Assembly (NCBI GenBank): GCA_041640595.1
Contig: JBEPZY010000006.1
Coordinates: forward strand, 64,001-128,000
Origin: Gemmatales bacterium
GTDB taxonomy: Bacteria > Planctomycetota > Planctomycetia > Gemmatales > HRBIN36
Direction: 5' to 3'
DNA: 64,000 bases
A program made the position numbers and the translations under genes. Each line of letters starts with the position of its first letter. Position 1 is the first letter of the stretch. Of the stretch, positions 50,485-61,112 are shown piece by piece. The notes under the pieces were generated by a model. The model was not told where the DNA came from, made no database searches, and saw nothing but the letters and a program-made list of their open reading frames with translations.

Positions 50485-51366
50485 ATGGTTTGCGAAAACG
50501 TAGCGATCATTGGCGTGGGACTGATAGGCGGCTCGATCGCTCTGGCTCTGCGCCAGCGCGGTCTGGCACGGCGCATTGTGGGTATAGTTCGCCGACGGGA
50601 ATCCGTGGATGACCTCCTGCAACGAGGCGTGGTAACCGACGCCACGACTGATCTGTCGTCGGGAGTCTCTGCCGCCGAGTTTATCGTTGTCTGCACGCCA
50701 GTGGACAGCATTTCCCGATACGTGCTGGAAGCGGCTCGATGGTGTCCAGAGCACGCAGTGATCACGGACGCCGGGAGCACCAAAGGACGCATTGTAGCGG
50801 AAGTCGAGTCGGGCTGGGTCGAATTGCACAGCCGGACGCAGGCAGCCGCAGCGTCGGACAGTCCACCTTGCCGGTTCGTGGGAAGTCATCCCCTGGCTGG
50901 ATCGGAAAAAAGCGGCTACCAATATGCCGATCCGCAATTGCTGGCCGGACGCTGGGTAGTGGTAACGCCTACGGCTCGGAGTGATGCCCAGGCCACGGAA
51001 CGTACCGTCGCTTTCTGGCAAGCACTGGGCGCCCGCGTATGCCTCATGGCTCCCGAAGATCACGACCGGGCCCTGGCTTTGACGAGCCATTTGCCGCACC
51101 TGGTGGCTTCGGCGTTAGCGGGAATCCTCCCGCCCAAATGGGCTGACCTCGCCGCCTCGGGATTCCGTGACACTACACGCATCGCCGCCGGTCCCTCCGA
51201 AATCTGGACGCCTATCTTCCTTCACAACCGTTCCGCTCTCCTCGAAGCGCTGGGACAGTTTGAGCAACAACTGCACCGATTCCGTCAGGCGTTGGAAACC
51301 GAAAATGCCGAAATGCTCTCTGCACTGCTCACCCAGGGCAAATCCCGCCGCGATTCCTTAGCCTGA
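50485..51366 (+). CDS. tyrA: Prephenate/arogenate dehydrogenase
   Basis: GVGLIGGS, D.GSTK, HPLAGSE, SHLPH and GFRDTTRIA motifs. Confidence 0.92.
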   Translation: MVCENVAIIGVGLIGGSIALALRQRGLARRIVGIVRRRESVDDLLQRGVVTDATTDLSSGVSAAEFIVVCTPVDSISRYVLEAARWCPEHAVITDAGSTKGRIVAEVESGWVELHSRTQAAAASDSPPCRFVGSHPLAGSEKSGYQYADPQLLAGRWVVVTPTARSDAQATERTVAFWQALGARVCLMAPEDHDRALALTSHLPHLVASALAGILPPKWADLAASGFRDTTRIAAGPSEIWTPIFLHNRSALLEALGQFEQQLHRFRQALETENAEMLSALLTQGKSRRDSLA

Positions 51367-51572
51367 AGCTCAGCACCGATTCGGTCTTATTGTGAATAGC
51401 AGCCAGGAATTGCAAATAGCAGGAGCGACAGGAATCACTGTCCGCCTGGCAAAAGTATCCTCGGGAATGCAGCGTCTGTGCTGGCGATCCCGGTCAACGC
51501 ACGCACTAAGGGGGAGTGCGGTCGCAACTTCAGCCTCCGGCACTAAACCGGGCAGCAAAAGGAGTCGCACGT

Positions 51573-52799
51573 ATGACGATCCCGGCGAAGGCATCCGAAT
51601 GGAGCAAGGTGGGTGTGATTTGCGTGGCCAGCGTGCTGGTTCTGGCTATGGCAGTCCTATCGCAGAGCATATTTTCGGGAGTTTCCGGTCCGATTCTGGC
51701 GCAGAGCCAGGATACTGAAGGCGAAAAAGAGGATCCTCTGGGTCCGCCACCGGCAAAGCTGGCTCAGTTTTTCCGTCCCCCACCGGATGTTTCACTCACA
51801 CCCCAGAAGTATCGCTCGCCATTGTTATTTGACGACGGCACGCCTGTACGAAATGCCATGGATTGGGCCAGACGCCGTGAGGAAATTCTTCGCTATTGGT
51901 GGAAGCTGCTCGGCGAAACTCCGCCGCTGCTGGATCGGCCCGAAGTCGAGTACCTTCGACACGACAAGAAGCAAGGTTATGTGCAATACCAGCTGCGTTT
52001 GCAGACGGCACCTGATCGGCGAACAGAGGACGCCTACCTGCTGGTGCCGGATGGTAACGGGCCATTTCCAGCGGTGCTCGTTGTCTTCTACGATGGCAAA
52101 ACGGGTATCGGCGAAGGCAAGGGGCCGCATCTGGATTTCGCCCGGCTCCTGGTGCAACGGGGATTTGTTACCCTTTCGCTGGGTAGCAGTCCGTACACGT
52201 ACTATCCGAATCCAGAGCAATGCCGATTGCAGCCTTTAGCGTTCCACGCCTACGAAGCAGCCAATGCCCATCGCGCCCTGAGTCGGCTGGAAAAGGTGGA
52301 CGGGAAACGAATCGGGATTGTCGGCCATTCTTACGGAGGCAAGTGGGCGATGTTCGCGTCGTGCCTGTACGATTGCTTCGCCGCCGCGGTCTGGTCGGAT
52401 CCCGGAATCGTTTTCGACGAGAGCCGGCCCAACGTCAATTACTGGGAGCCCTGGTATCTCGGCTTCGAGCCGGGTCGGAAGGAGCAACGTCCTCGTGGTG
52501 TGCCGAATGCAAAAAATCCCCGCACCGGGCCTTACAAGCTCCTCATCGAACAACAACGCGACCTGCACGAACTGCACGCCTTGATGGCGCCACGACCATT
52601 TCTGGTCTCCGGCGGTTCGGAAGATCCACCGCAACGCTGGTCGGCGCTGCACCATACCGTGGCTGTCAATCGCCTCCTGGGATACAGGAACCGCGTGGCC
52701 ATGACCAATCGCCCGACCCACCAGCCGACGGCCGAGTCAAACGAGCAGTTGGCGATGTTCCTGGAGTGGGCCTTGCAAGTTCCCAAGTCGTCGCGCTAG
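51573..52799 (+). CDS. Exported alpha/beta hydrolase (dienelactone-hydrolase / esterase-like)
   Basis: N-terminal hydrophobic segment; GHSYG nucleophile motif; LMAPRPFL. Confidence 0.8.
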   Translation: MTIPAKASEWSKVGVICVASVLVLAMAVLSQSIFSGVSGPILAQSQDTEGEKEDPLGPPPAKLAQFFRPPPDVSLTPQKYRSPLLFDDGTPVRNAMDWARRREEILRYWWKLLGETPPLLDRPEVEYLRHDKKQGYVQYQLRLQTAPDRRTEDAYLLVPDGNGPFPAVLVVFYDGKTGIGEGKGPHLDFARLLVQRGFVTLSLGSSPYTYYPNPEQCRLQPLAFHAYEAANAHRALSRLEKVDGKRIGIVGHSYGGKWAMFASCLYDCFAAAVWSDPGIVFDESRPNVNYWEPWYLGFEPGRKEQRPRGVPNAKNPRTGPYKLLIEQQRDLHELHALMAPRPFLVSGGSEDPPQRWSALHHTVAVNRLLGYRNRVAMTNRPTHQPTAESNEQLAMFLEWALQVPKSSR

Positions 52800-52971
52800 C
52801 CAGAGCCGCCGTGCATGTTTCGGGATTCTCTGGCTCCTTGGCGGCGTTGCCAGGCCGTGCTACAAAATGGAGTGGTTTCTGGTTAGTGGCCAGCGCTGGC
52901 CCCATGTACTACCAGCTTTGCACCTTGCGGATAACTATCCGACGACAGGCTCCCGCAATCTACATCAGCTC

Positions 52972-55900
52972 ATGCTCTGGGAAATTGATATTTTTCCGGT
53001 CGCCGAAGACGCTGAACATCGCCGCATTGTCCAGGAATTGCGTGAACGCAAACTGAATGCGACGCTGTTACGGACGGCACGAGTGTATCTGGTGGCCGGC
53101 AACGTATCCGCGGCCGACATGGAACGATTGGCACTGGCCCTGCTGACGGATGCGGTGTGTGAACGCTATGCTGTGTTTGCCGCCGGGCGTATGCCGCCGA
53201 TGTCGGAACTGGTGGCCCGGTTGAATCTCCACACGAATCAATCAGCAGGCACTATCGTAACGGTGCTGCCTCGACCCGAGGTAATGGACCCGGTAATCGA
53301 GAGCGTAACGCTGGCTGCCCGCGACCTCGGTTTGCATAACCTGGAGGTGCTTCGAACAGGTCGCCGATATTTGTTCGCGGAGGAAATGTCGCCCGGCTTC
53401 TTGCAGCAACTCGCCCGGAAGGCTCTCGCCAATGAGGTGATAGAAGAAGTCCACATCGGGACGTTGCCGGTTTCCTGCTGGCGTGCCCTGGGTCGAACGT
53501 ATCAGTTCCGCCGGATTGAGATCCCTCTCCGGAATGCCAGCCCTGATGAGCTGGTGCGACTCAGTCAAGAGCGGCAACTGGCCCTGTCGCTGGAAGAAAT
53601 GCTGGCGATTCAGAAGCATTACCGCGACCTGGGCCGCGAACCCACAGACATCGAACTGGAAACCATCGCCCAGACCTGGTCGGAACACTGCTCGCACAAA
53701 ACTTTCAAAAGCCCGGTCGTTTACCGTGGGCCGGACGGTGAACGTCGTTACGACAATCTGCTGCGAGAAACGATTTTTGCAGCTACCGAGACGGTTCGGC
53801 AACGACTCGGCAATGAGGATTGGTGCGTGAGTGTCTTCCGCGACAACGCCGGCATTGTCCGTTTCGATGACCGCTACCATGTTTGCTTCAAGGTTGAAAC
53901 GCATAACCATCCCTCAGCGATTGAACCGTATGGCGGAGCGAACACGGGCCTGGGTGGAGTGATTCGCGATGTGCTCGGCACAGGGCTGGGCGGCAAGCCT
54001 ATCTGTAATACCGACGTTTTCTGTTTCGCTCCCCCTGACTGGCCGGAGGAAGATTTACCCCCGGGGGTTTTTCATCCGCGGCGGGTGATGCGCGGAGTGG
54101 TAGCCGGTGTGCGCGACTACGGAAACCGCATGGGCATTCCCACTGTGGCCGGTGCTGTGTGTTTCGACCCCCGTTACCTGGCTAATCCGCTGGTGTTTTG
54201 CGGTACGGTTGGATTGATCCCGGTCGGCAAGGAACATAAGCAGCCTCAAGCCGGCGATTACATCGTGGTCGTGGGCGGCCGGACCGGTCGCGATGGCATC
54301 CACGGAGCCACCTTTTCCTCTTTGCATCTGACGGAAGAATCGGAAACGGTCTCGGCCAGCGCCGTGCAGATCGGCAACGCCATCACCCAGAAGAAAATGC
54401 TGGACGTGTTGCTGGCCGCGCGAGACCGCGGACTTTACCACGCTATCACGGATTGCGGGGCGGGCGGGTTCTCCAGCGCGATCGGGGAAATGGCTGCCGG
54501 GCTCGGAGCCATCGTTTATCTCGACCAGGCGCCGCTCAAATACCAGGGACTGAGTTACACGGAAATCTGGATCAGCGAGTCCCAGGAACGGATGATCCTG
54601 GCCGTACCGCCTCAGTCCTGGCCGGACCTGGAGCAACTGTGTGCATCGGAAGGCGTGGAAGCGGCAGTGCTGGGCCAGTTTGAACGAACGGGTCGGCTCC
54701 GACTTTATTATCAAGGCCAGCCGGTCGGCGACCTCGATCTCCATTTTCTCCACGAAGGCAGACCGCGTTTCGTGCGGGAAGCGGTCTGGCAAGACCCGGC
54801 AAAGAAATCTCCGTTTCTCGGACCGCGGCCCGGCCAGCGCTCAACGTCCACCCGCGTTTCGTCAGCCGGACCTGATTACACGCCTGTTCTCCTGGCCATC
54901 CTCAGTAACTACAACGTTGCCAGCAAGGAATGGATCATCCGCCAGTATGACCACGAAGTGCAGGGAACCAGTGTGCTCAAACCCCTGGTCGGCGTGGCCA
55001 ATGATGGGCCGGGCGATGCAGCGGTAATTGCGCCGGTGCCGGGTTCGTATCACGGCCTGGCTGTCGCATGCGGGATCAACCCGCGGTACAGTGATTACGA
55101 CACCTACTGGATGGCCGCCAGCGCAGTGGACGAAGCGTTGCGCAACGTCGTAGCTGTCGGGGCCGATCCGAGTCGTGTGGCTTTGCTCGACAATTTTTGC
55201 TGGGGCAACACTAATCGTCCGGAAGTGCTTGGTGCCCTGGTGCGTGCTGCGGAAGGATGTCGGGATGCTGCCGTCGCTTTTACCGTGCCGTTCATCAGCG
55301 GCAAAGACAGTCTGCACAATGAATTCCATTCCGGAAACACGCACCTGGTCATTCCTGGTACGCTGCTGGTCAGTGCGCTTGGACGGGTGCCTGATGTGCG
55401 GCAATGCGTGAGCATGGATTTCAAGCGACCGTGGAATCTGATTGTGCTGGTGGGCACCACACGGCCGGAACTGGCTGGCTCCCATCTGCAATGGGCCCTG
55501 TACGAAAGCAATGTACTCGATGACACGGTAAGGCAAATGGTTCTGGACTCGGCTACGGTCGGTTTGTCCGAATCTGCCTGGGAACAAGTGCCGCGGGTTG
55601 ATTTTGCCCGCGCTCCTCAATTATTGCGTGCCGTGCATGCATCCATCCGGCGAGGTTTAGTGCGGGCGTGTCATGACTTGAGTGAGGGTGGCCTGGCAGT
55701 AGCTCTGGCGGAAATGGCTTTTGCGGGTGGTTATGGTGCGGAAATCGCTTTACCGGAAGACTTGCCTCCCCTGGTGGCCTTATTTTCCGAAAGTAACACT
55801 CGTTTTCTCCTGGAAGTGCCACCGGAGGCCGAGCCGGAACTGCGTGAGGTATTCGCAGGGTTACCCTGGCAAATCTTGGGCACGGTCTGCGACGCCCCGC

Positions 55901-56004
55901 GCCTGACCATCTTCGACAGCCAACGCCGTTATCGCCTGGTGGACGCTTCCCTGGACGAACTCAAAACTGCTTGGAAAAACGCATTCGCGGAGAAATTGCC
56001 ATGA
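52972..56004 (+). CDS. purL: FGAM synthase PurL with N-terminal PurS-like region; no glutaminase domain
   Basis: WSEHCSHK, ETHNHPS, DCGAGG, ESQERM, SGKDS and HDLSEGG motifs. Confidence 0.95.
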   Translation: MLWEIDIFPVAEDAEHRRIVQELRERKLNATLLRTARVYLVAGNVSAADMERLALALLTDAVCERYAVFAAGRMPPMSELVARLNLHTNQSAGTIVTVLPRPEVMDPVIESVTLAARDLGLHNLEVLRTGRRYLFAEEMSPGFLQQLARKALANEVIEEVHIGTLPVSCWRALGRTYQFRRIEIPLRNASPDELVRLSQERQLALSLEEMLAIQKHYRDLGREPTDIELETIAQTWSEHCSHKTFKSPVVYRGPDGERRYDNLLRETIFAATETVRQRLGNEDWCVSVFRDNAGIVRFDDRYHVCFKVETHNHPSAIEPYGGANTGLGGVIRDVLGTGLGGKPICNTDVFCFAPPDWPEEDLPPGVFHPRRVMRGVVAGVRDYGNRMGIPTVAGAVCFDPRYLANPLVFCGTVGLIPVGKEHKQPQAGDYIVVVGGRTGRDGIHGATFSSLHLTEESETVSASAVQIGNAITQKKMLDVLLAARDRGLYHAITDCGAGGFSSAIGEMAAGLGAIVYLDQAPLKYQGLSYTEIWISESQERMILAVPPQSWPDLEQLCASEGVEAAVLGQFERTGRLRLYYQGQPVGDLDLHFLHEGRPRFVREAVWQDPAKKSPFLGPRPGQRSTSTRVSSAGPDYTPVLLAILSNYNVASKEWIIRQYDHEVQGTSVLKPLVGVANDGPGDAAVIAPVPGSYHGLAVACGINPRYSDYDTYWMAASAVDEALRNVVAVGADPSRVALLDNFCWGNTNRPEVLGALVRAAEGCRDAAVAFTVPFISGKDSLHNEFHSGNTHLVIPGTLLVSALGRVPDVRQCVSMDFKRPWNLIVLVGTTRPELAGSHLQWALYESNVLDDTVRQMVLDSATVGLSESAWEQVPRVDFARAPQLLRAVHASIRRGLVRACHDLSEGGLAVALAEMAFAGGYGAEIALPEDLPPLVALFSESNTRFLLEVPPEAEPELREVFAGLPWQILGTVCDAPRLTIFDSQRRYRLVDASLDELKTAWKNAFAEKLP

Positions 56005-56771
56005 ACCTGGTGAATCGGCTTTTCGATTTGCGTGGCAAGGTGGCACTGGTAACCGGTGGCAGCAAGGGCCTGGGTAAAGCGATGGCCAAGGGCCTCGCCG
56101 ATGCCGGCGCCGATATCATCATCAGCAGTCGGCACGAAGACGAATTGCGTCGTGCCCTGGACGAAATCCTGGCTGGGAAAGGTAATCGCGGACTGGCCGT
56201 GGTCGCGGACATGACTCGCCGCGAAGATGTGGACCGGCTGGCAGCGCGCGCCCTTCAGGAAATGGGGCATGTGGATATCCTCATCAACAATGCCGGTTCC
56301 AACATTCCCCAGCCGGTGGAAGAAATCCGCGATGCTGACTGGGATTATCTGCTGGAACTCAACCTCACCTCGATCATGCGTTTGACACGGGCTCTGGTGC
56401 CGCAAATGAAACAGCGCCGCTGGGGACGCATCATTCATATCTCGAGCATTCTCGGTCTGATCTCGCTGCCTGGACGAAGCGCTTACTCTTCGACGAAGTT
56501 TGCACTACATGGTTTGTGCCGGGCTCAGGCGGCTGAACTCGGAACATTCGGGATTACCGTCAATTGCATCGCTCCGGGACCGTTTCTGACAGAACTGCCA
56601 GCCCGGTTGTTGACGGAAGAACAAAAACGCAAGTTTACTGAGCGAACCAGTCTGGGACGCTGGGGCGATCCCGACGAGTTGATTGGACCGGTATTGCTGC
56701 TGGCAAGCGATGCCGGCAGTTATATCACGGGCCACATCCTCGTCGTGGACGGCGGCTTCACTGCACGATGA
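56001..56771 (+). CDS. Short-chain dehydrogenase/reductase
   Basis: TGGSKGLG, NNAG and YSSTK motifs; ATGA overlap with purL. Confidence 0.93.
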   Translation: MNLVNRLFDLRGKVALVTGGSKGLGKAMAKGLADAGADIIISSRHEDELRRALDEILAGKGNRGLAVVADMTRREDVDRLAARALQEMGHVDILINNAGSNIPQPVEEIRDADWDYLLELNLTSIMRLTRALVPQMKQRRWGRIIHISSILGLISLPGRSAYSSTKFALHGLCRAQAAELGTFGITVNCIAPGPFLTELPARLLTEEQKRKFTERTSLGRWGDPDELIGPVLLLASDAGSYITGHILVVDGGFTAR

Positions 56772-56963
56772 TTGCCGCGAGTGCGTCCTGAACCTTCCCA
56801 ACCGGGCCAACAGAAACTTGCCCTTTTGCCGCGGGTGAGACCGTCTATAGACAGGCAATAGCTGCCAGGGACGTCACCCATTTCCTCGCTCAGCCAGCGA
56901 GTCGGATCGCCGCATTTGCTTCGCTGCCAGAAGGCTTTGATGGCCTCGAATCGGCTTCTGCTC

Positions 56964-57686
56964 ATGGCCAGCAAAATCCTGGTGGGAACCTGTGGATTTT
57001 GTTGCAGTCAGAAACGATATTTTGAGACGTTTCCGGTGATCGAAATCCAGCAGATTTTTTATCAGCCACCGGAAGAGCGCATTGTTGCGCGGTGGCGGGA
57101 ACTGGCACCGGCTGGGTTTGAATTTACCCTGAAGGCCTTTCAAGCGATCACCCACCCGGCCAGCAGTCCGACCTGGCGGCGGAGTCGCTTCCCCGCTGAC
57201 CAGCGAGCCGAGGCGGGATTTTTCCGCGACACGCCTGTGGTACGTCAGGCGTGGGAAACGACGCGCCGACTGGCAGCCATCTTGCGGGCCAGCATTGTCG
57301 TCTTTCAGTGCCCGCCCAGGTTCGATCCACGTCCGGAACATCTGGCCAACCTCCGCTGGTTTTTCCGCTGGGCCGAACGAGACCATCTGCGTTTCGGCCT
57401 GGAAGTTCGTCATGCCGACTGGAACGACGATCTGCTTCGCCTTCTGTGCCGGGAACTCGATCTACTGCATGTCGTTGACCCGTTTGTTCGCCCAACGGTA
57501 ACCAGAACACTTCGATACTTTCGCCTGCACGGGATTGGCGGATATGATTATGCATACCGCGACACTGACCTGCAGCAGCTACTCAGCTGGTGCGGGGGTC
57601 GCCGGACCTATTGCATGTTCAACAATACGCACATGCTCGAAGATGCGATGCGTTTTCAGAGCTTGCTGTCGGAATCCGCACCATGA
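56964..57686 (+). CDS. DUF72 family protein
   Basis: VGTCGF, FY.PP, F.LKA...ITH, FQCPP.F, E.RH..W and YFRLHG motifs. Confidence 0.9.
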   Translation: MASKILVGTCGFCCSQKRYFETFPVIEIQQIFYQPPEERIVARWRELAPAGFEFTLKAFQAITHPASSPTWRRSRFPADQRAEAGFFRDTPVVRQAWETTRRLAAILRASIVVFQCPPRFDPRPEHLANLRWFFRWAERDHLRFGLEVRHADWNDDLLRLLCRELDLLHVVDPFVRPTVTRTLRYFRLHGIGGYDYAYRDTDLQQLLSWCGGRRTYCMFNNTHMLEDAMRFQSLLSESAP

Positions 57687-59314
57687 CGCGCTGGCGATGG
57701 CTGGTATTGGCACTCTGCTTTGCCGGGCCGGTTCTGGTGCTGGCTGTGCTTGGGGCAATCTGGCTATGGCAGCAACCCTGGGGTAGTTACCTGACCTGGG
57801 GACTCTTTGCCTTGTTGGCTCTGGGTTATGTGCTGGCGTGGCACTGGCAACGACGAAAGTTGCTGCTCGGTTCTCCGCAGCCGCAAACGCTTCCCACCTA
57901 CTGGCAGAAAGTGGATCACCAGGCCTGGGAAGTGGTGCGTCGCTATGCCGAAGCAGTGGAGCGAACCTCGCCGCAGGAACTCAAGTCGCTTCAGTGGTAT
58001 TACGAAACCGGCCGGCAACTTGCTCAGGAGGTGGCTCGCGTTTACCATCCGGAAACCGATGACCCTATAGCGGCACTGCGTGTACCCGAAATTTTGACGG
58101 CTATTGAGCTGGCCGCTCACGACCTGTACCACCTGGTCATCAACTATGTACCGGGAAGCCACCTGTTGACCATACAGCACTGGCGACGGGCAGCGGAAGC
58201 GGTGCAATGGTACGGACGGCTGTCCAGGGTCTATTGGGGAGTGTCCGCATTGTTTTCGCCCGTGCAAACCGCGGCCCGGTATCTGGCCAGCCGATTCGGT
58301 CTGGCACCGATACAGGAGCAGTTACTGCAACAATTGCTGGGATGGTTTGCCCAGGCTTACGTTTATCGTTTGGGCTGGTATCTCATCGAATTGAACAGCG
58401 GCCGGCTTCAGTTAGGTGCGGATCGCTATCGGCAGGCACTGGCTCAGGGCCGCATCCCCACTCCGTGGTCCTGGGAACCTGCCGTCCCGACCGCCGACGC
58501 CATCTCTGTATCCCGTACCGAGCCAATTCCGCCGCTTCAGGTGCGAATCCTGGTCGTGGGCCAGACGAAAGCAGGCAAATCCAGCCTGATTAACGCCCTG
58601 CTCGGTGAACGTCTGGCCGAGACCGATGTCGTGCCGACCACTCAAGGCTTCGCGGAGTATCGGCTAAGACTGCCGCAATCCGTGCCGACAGATGCCGGAG
58701 CTTCGGCGGAATCATCTCCGTCCACCAGCAGCGCTGCGACGGAGCAAGCGGCTCAACTCGTGCTGGTGGATACGCCAGGTTATGCTCAGCCGGACAAGCA
58801 TGAGGCGATTCTGGAAGCCACTTTACAGGAAGCAGAGCGTGCCCAGGTGATTTTGCTAGTCGTCCATGCCCGGGAAGCTGGCAGGCGCCCGGATCGCGAA
58901 TGGCTGGAAGCTTGTCAGCAACGCCTGCAAAAGCGGAACGCGACGCAGGGTTTGCCCTTGATCCTGGGCGTGGTTACCCATGTGGACCTGCTGCCGCCTG
59001 TGCAGGAATGGCAACCGCCGTATCAATGGCGGCAGCCGACACGTCGAAAAGAACAAACAATCGCCGAGCTGGTGCAAGCAATACGCGAGCAATTGGGACT
59101 GGAGACCGTCCTGCCGGTTTGCACAGCCAGCGAACGGTTGTGGGGAATTGACGAACTGGTAGCGGAACTGGCAGCTCGACTGCCACAGGCTCAGGGCTTG
59201 GCCGTGCTGGCAGCGTTAACCCAGGAAGCGCAGCAGCAAAAATGGCGACACTTATGGCGGCAAACGGGTTCCCTCCTACGGCAAGCCTGGAAAGTGCTGC
59301 GCAGCCGACTGTAG
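57683..59314 (+). CDS. Membrane-anchored TRAFAC GTPase (Era/YcjF-associated type)
   Basis: Two N-terminal TM helices; G1 GQTKAGKS, G3 DTPG, G4 THVD; ATGA overlap with DUF72. Confidence 0.8.
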   Translation: MTRWRWLVLALCFAGPVLVLAVLGAIWLWQQPWGSYLTWGLFALLALGYVLAWHWQRRKLLLGSPQPQTLPTYWQKVDHQAWEVVRRYAEAVERTSPQELKSLQWYYETGRQLAQEVARVYHPETDDPIAALRVPEILTAIELAAHDLYHLVINYVPGSHLLTIQHWRRAAEAVQWYGRLSRVYWGVSALFSPVQTAARYLASRFGLAPIQEQLLQQLLGWFAQAYVYRLGWYLIELNSGRLQLGADRYRQALAQGRIPTPWSWEPAVPTADAISVSRTEPIPPLQVRILVVGQTKAGKSSLINALLGERLAETDVVPTTQGFAEYRLRLPQSVPTDAGASAESSPSTSSAATEQAAQLVLVDTPGYAQPDKHEAILEATLQEAERAQVILLVVHAREAGRRPDREWLEACQQRLQKRNATQGLPLILGVVTHVDLLPPVQEWQPPYQWRQPTRRKEQTIAELVQAIREQLGLETVLPVCTASERLWGIDELVAELAARLPQAQGLAVLAALTQEAQQQKWRHLWRQTGSLLRQAWKVLRSRL

Positions 59315-59738
59315 TTTCCAGAGCGCCAGGTTAATTTTCCCGATCACCTCGGCGGACAACGATTGCCGTCCTGTATATGCTAAAAGCAAGGAGGGTTATT
59401 CGGGAGAGAAAAACTGGCCGGACGTACCGTATTCCCGTAGGTCGGGGACACCCCCTCACAATGGCGGACCTGATAGTGAGCTGACCGGCTGAAACCATCA
59501 ATGGGTATCTATGAGATCACGTCCGCTTTCGTGACTAACTACCACGGGCGCACATCGGTCGGCTCATTTATGACGCAATCGTTTAGCGGCAAGCGCTAAT
59601 GTGCTCTTGGAACTCACCCTTAGCCCGAGGCAAGGAATTAGCGACTCTATTTGCTATAATTAAGGTCTCCGACTAGCTGCAACTGTTTGGTAGAAAATAC
59701 GCAGCCTCATACGGAAAACACCTTACTGCCCCGCGTAT

Positions 59739-60908
59739 ATGCCCCGACTGACCAAAGCTCAATTGCAGGCTGAGTTACAAACGCTTCATAACCGCGTACA
59801 GGAGCTCGAGCAGACTCTGGAGCGATCGCGCAAGCTCCACGAGATAATGTTAGAGGCGTTCTCCGGGGCATTGCTGATACTTGGCGAAAATGATGTAATC
59901 GTAGAGGCCGAGTTGGCGGGCGAATGGCAACAACGCTGGCAACCTGCTCAACTTGTGGGGCGGCCGATTTCTGCCTTGCTTCCGCCAACTGCTTACGAAT
60001 CGCTCCGCCCGATACTGGAGCGTGTACGCACGGAAAAACGGTCGCTGGTCTTCAATCATAAGGGGCTCGGCGATGATGTTCGCGGAACTTACGAATGGCG
60101 GCTAGCTTACGATCCGGGCAGGGGCACTCTGGCTTTGATTCGCCGCATCGAGTCCCCTGTCCGGTCTGGTTCGGGACATCGTTCGCCGGAGGCTTTGCAA
60201 CAACTTCAGCGCTCGAATCGCCTGATGCGGCTGGGCGAATCAATCGCGGGATTGGCCCACGAGCTCAACCAGCCCATGACGGCCATTCGCCATTATGGTC
60301 AGGGTTGTTTGCGGCGACTGGAATCTGGCACTTTTGATGCCGGTGAGTTCCGACATGCTATTCAGCAGATCGTTCAGCAGGCAGAACGTGCTTTGCAGAT
60401 ATTAGAACGTGTCCGGCGTTTTCTGCGAGGCCAGGATGTGCCTTTCGCACCAGTAAACCTCAATACTGTCGTTCACGAAACCCTGTCGCTTATGGCACCA
60501 GAAATTGAAGAACTGGGCGTTGAGCTGCGGTTGCACCTTGAGCCCGGTTTGCCTGATATTCCTGGCGATGCAGTGCAATTGAGCCAGGTGCTGGCGAACT
60601 TGCTGCGCAATGCGCTGGAAGCGTTGGCTGACCAGCCCCGCAAGCAAATAACTATTGCCACGCGAAGACTGACTAAGGCAGTGGAATTGTGCGTGAGCGA
60701 CAACGGCCCCGGATTGCCCGCCGAGGTGCAATCCCACCTGTTCGAACCGTTCTTCACAACCAAGCCAGAGGGGCTTGGCCTGGGACTAGCTATTTCGCGT
60801 TCGCTGGTAGAGGCGCATGGCGGACAGTTGCTGGCAGAAAACGCTCCTGAAGGCACCTGCTTTCGTGTGCGCTTGCCTGTGCCGACCAGTCAGGCTCCAG
60901 GTGCGTAG
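59739..60908 (+). CDS. Cytoplasmic PAS sensor histidine kinase (FixL-like)
   Basis: LAHELNQP H-box, NLLRNA, DNGPG, FEPFFTTK and GLGLGL motifs. Confidence 0.93.
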   Translation: MPRLTKAQLQAELQTLHNRVQELEQTLERSRKLHEIMLEAFSGALLILGENDVIVEAELAGEWQQRWQPAQLVGRPISALLPPTAYESLRPILERVRTEKRSLVFNHKGLGDDVRGTYEWRLAYDPGRGTLALIRRIESPVRSGSGHRSPEALQQLQRSNRLMRLGESIAGLAHELNQPMTAIRHYGQGCLRRLESGTFDAGEFRHAIQQIVQQAERALQILERVRRFLRGQDVPFAPVNLNTVVHETLSLMAPEIEELGVELRLHLEPGLPDIPGDAVQLSQVLANLLRNALEALADQPRKQITIATRRLTKAVELCVSDNGPGLPAEVQSHLFEPFFTTKPEGLGLGLAISRSLVEAHGGQLLAENAPEGTCFRVRLPVPTSQAPGA

Positions 60909-61112
60909 CTCTCCAGCCGGCAAGCAATCCTGTATCTGGGTCAGACGGCGTCTGCCTTACGCTGACAGGGATTTGGCAACGCGAGCATGAGCAAGAATCG
61001 GCCAGCAGGGCTTGCCAGGTGAGCAAGCAATTCAGATAATTTCTCTCTGAAATTGTGTACCGTTCGCCGGTACGGAATTGCCGACGCGGGAGTAAACGGG
61101 AGGTTTTTCGCC

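Noticed and set aside
48254..50792. ORFs 48254-48790 (+) and 49278-50792 (-)
   Set aside because: Antisense shadows of the FHA gene and of ffh/tyrA
59315..59738. Riboswitch in long intergenic regions (also 31376-31822)
   Set aside because: No recognisable riboswitch consensus by eye; an Rfam/Infernal scan would be needed
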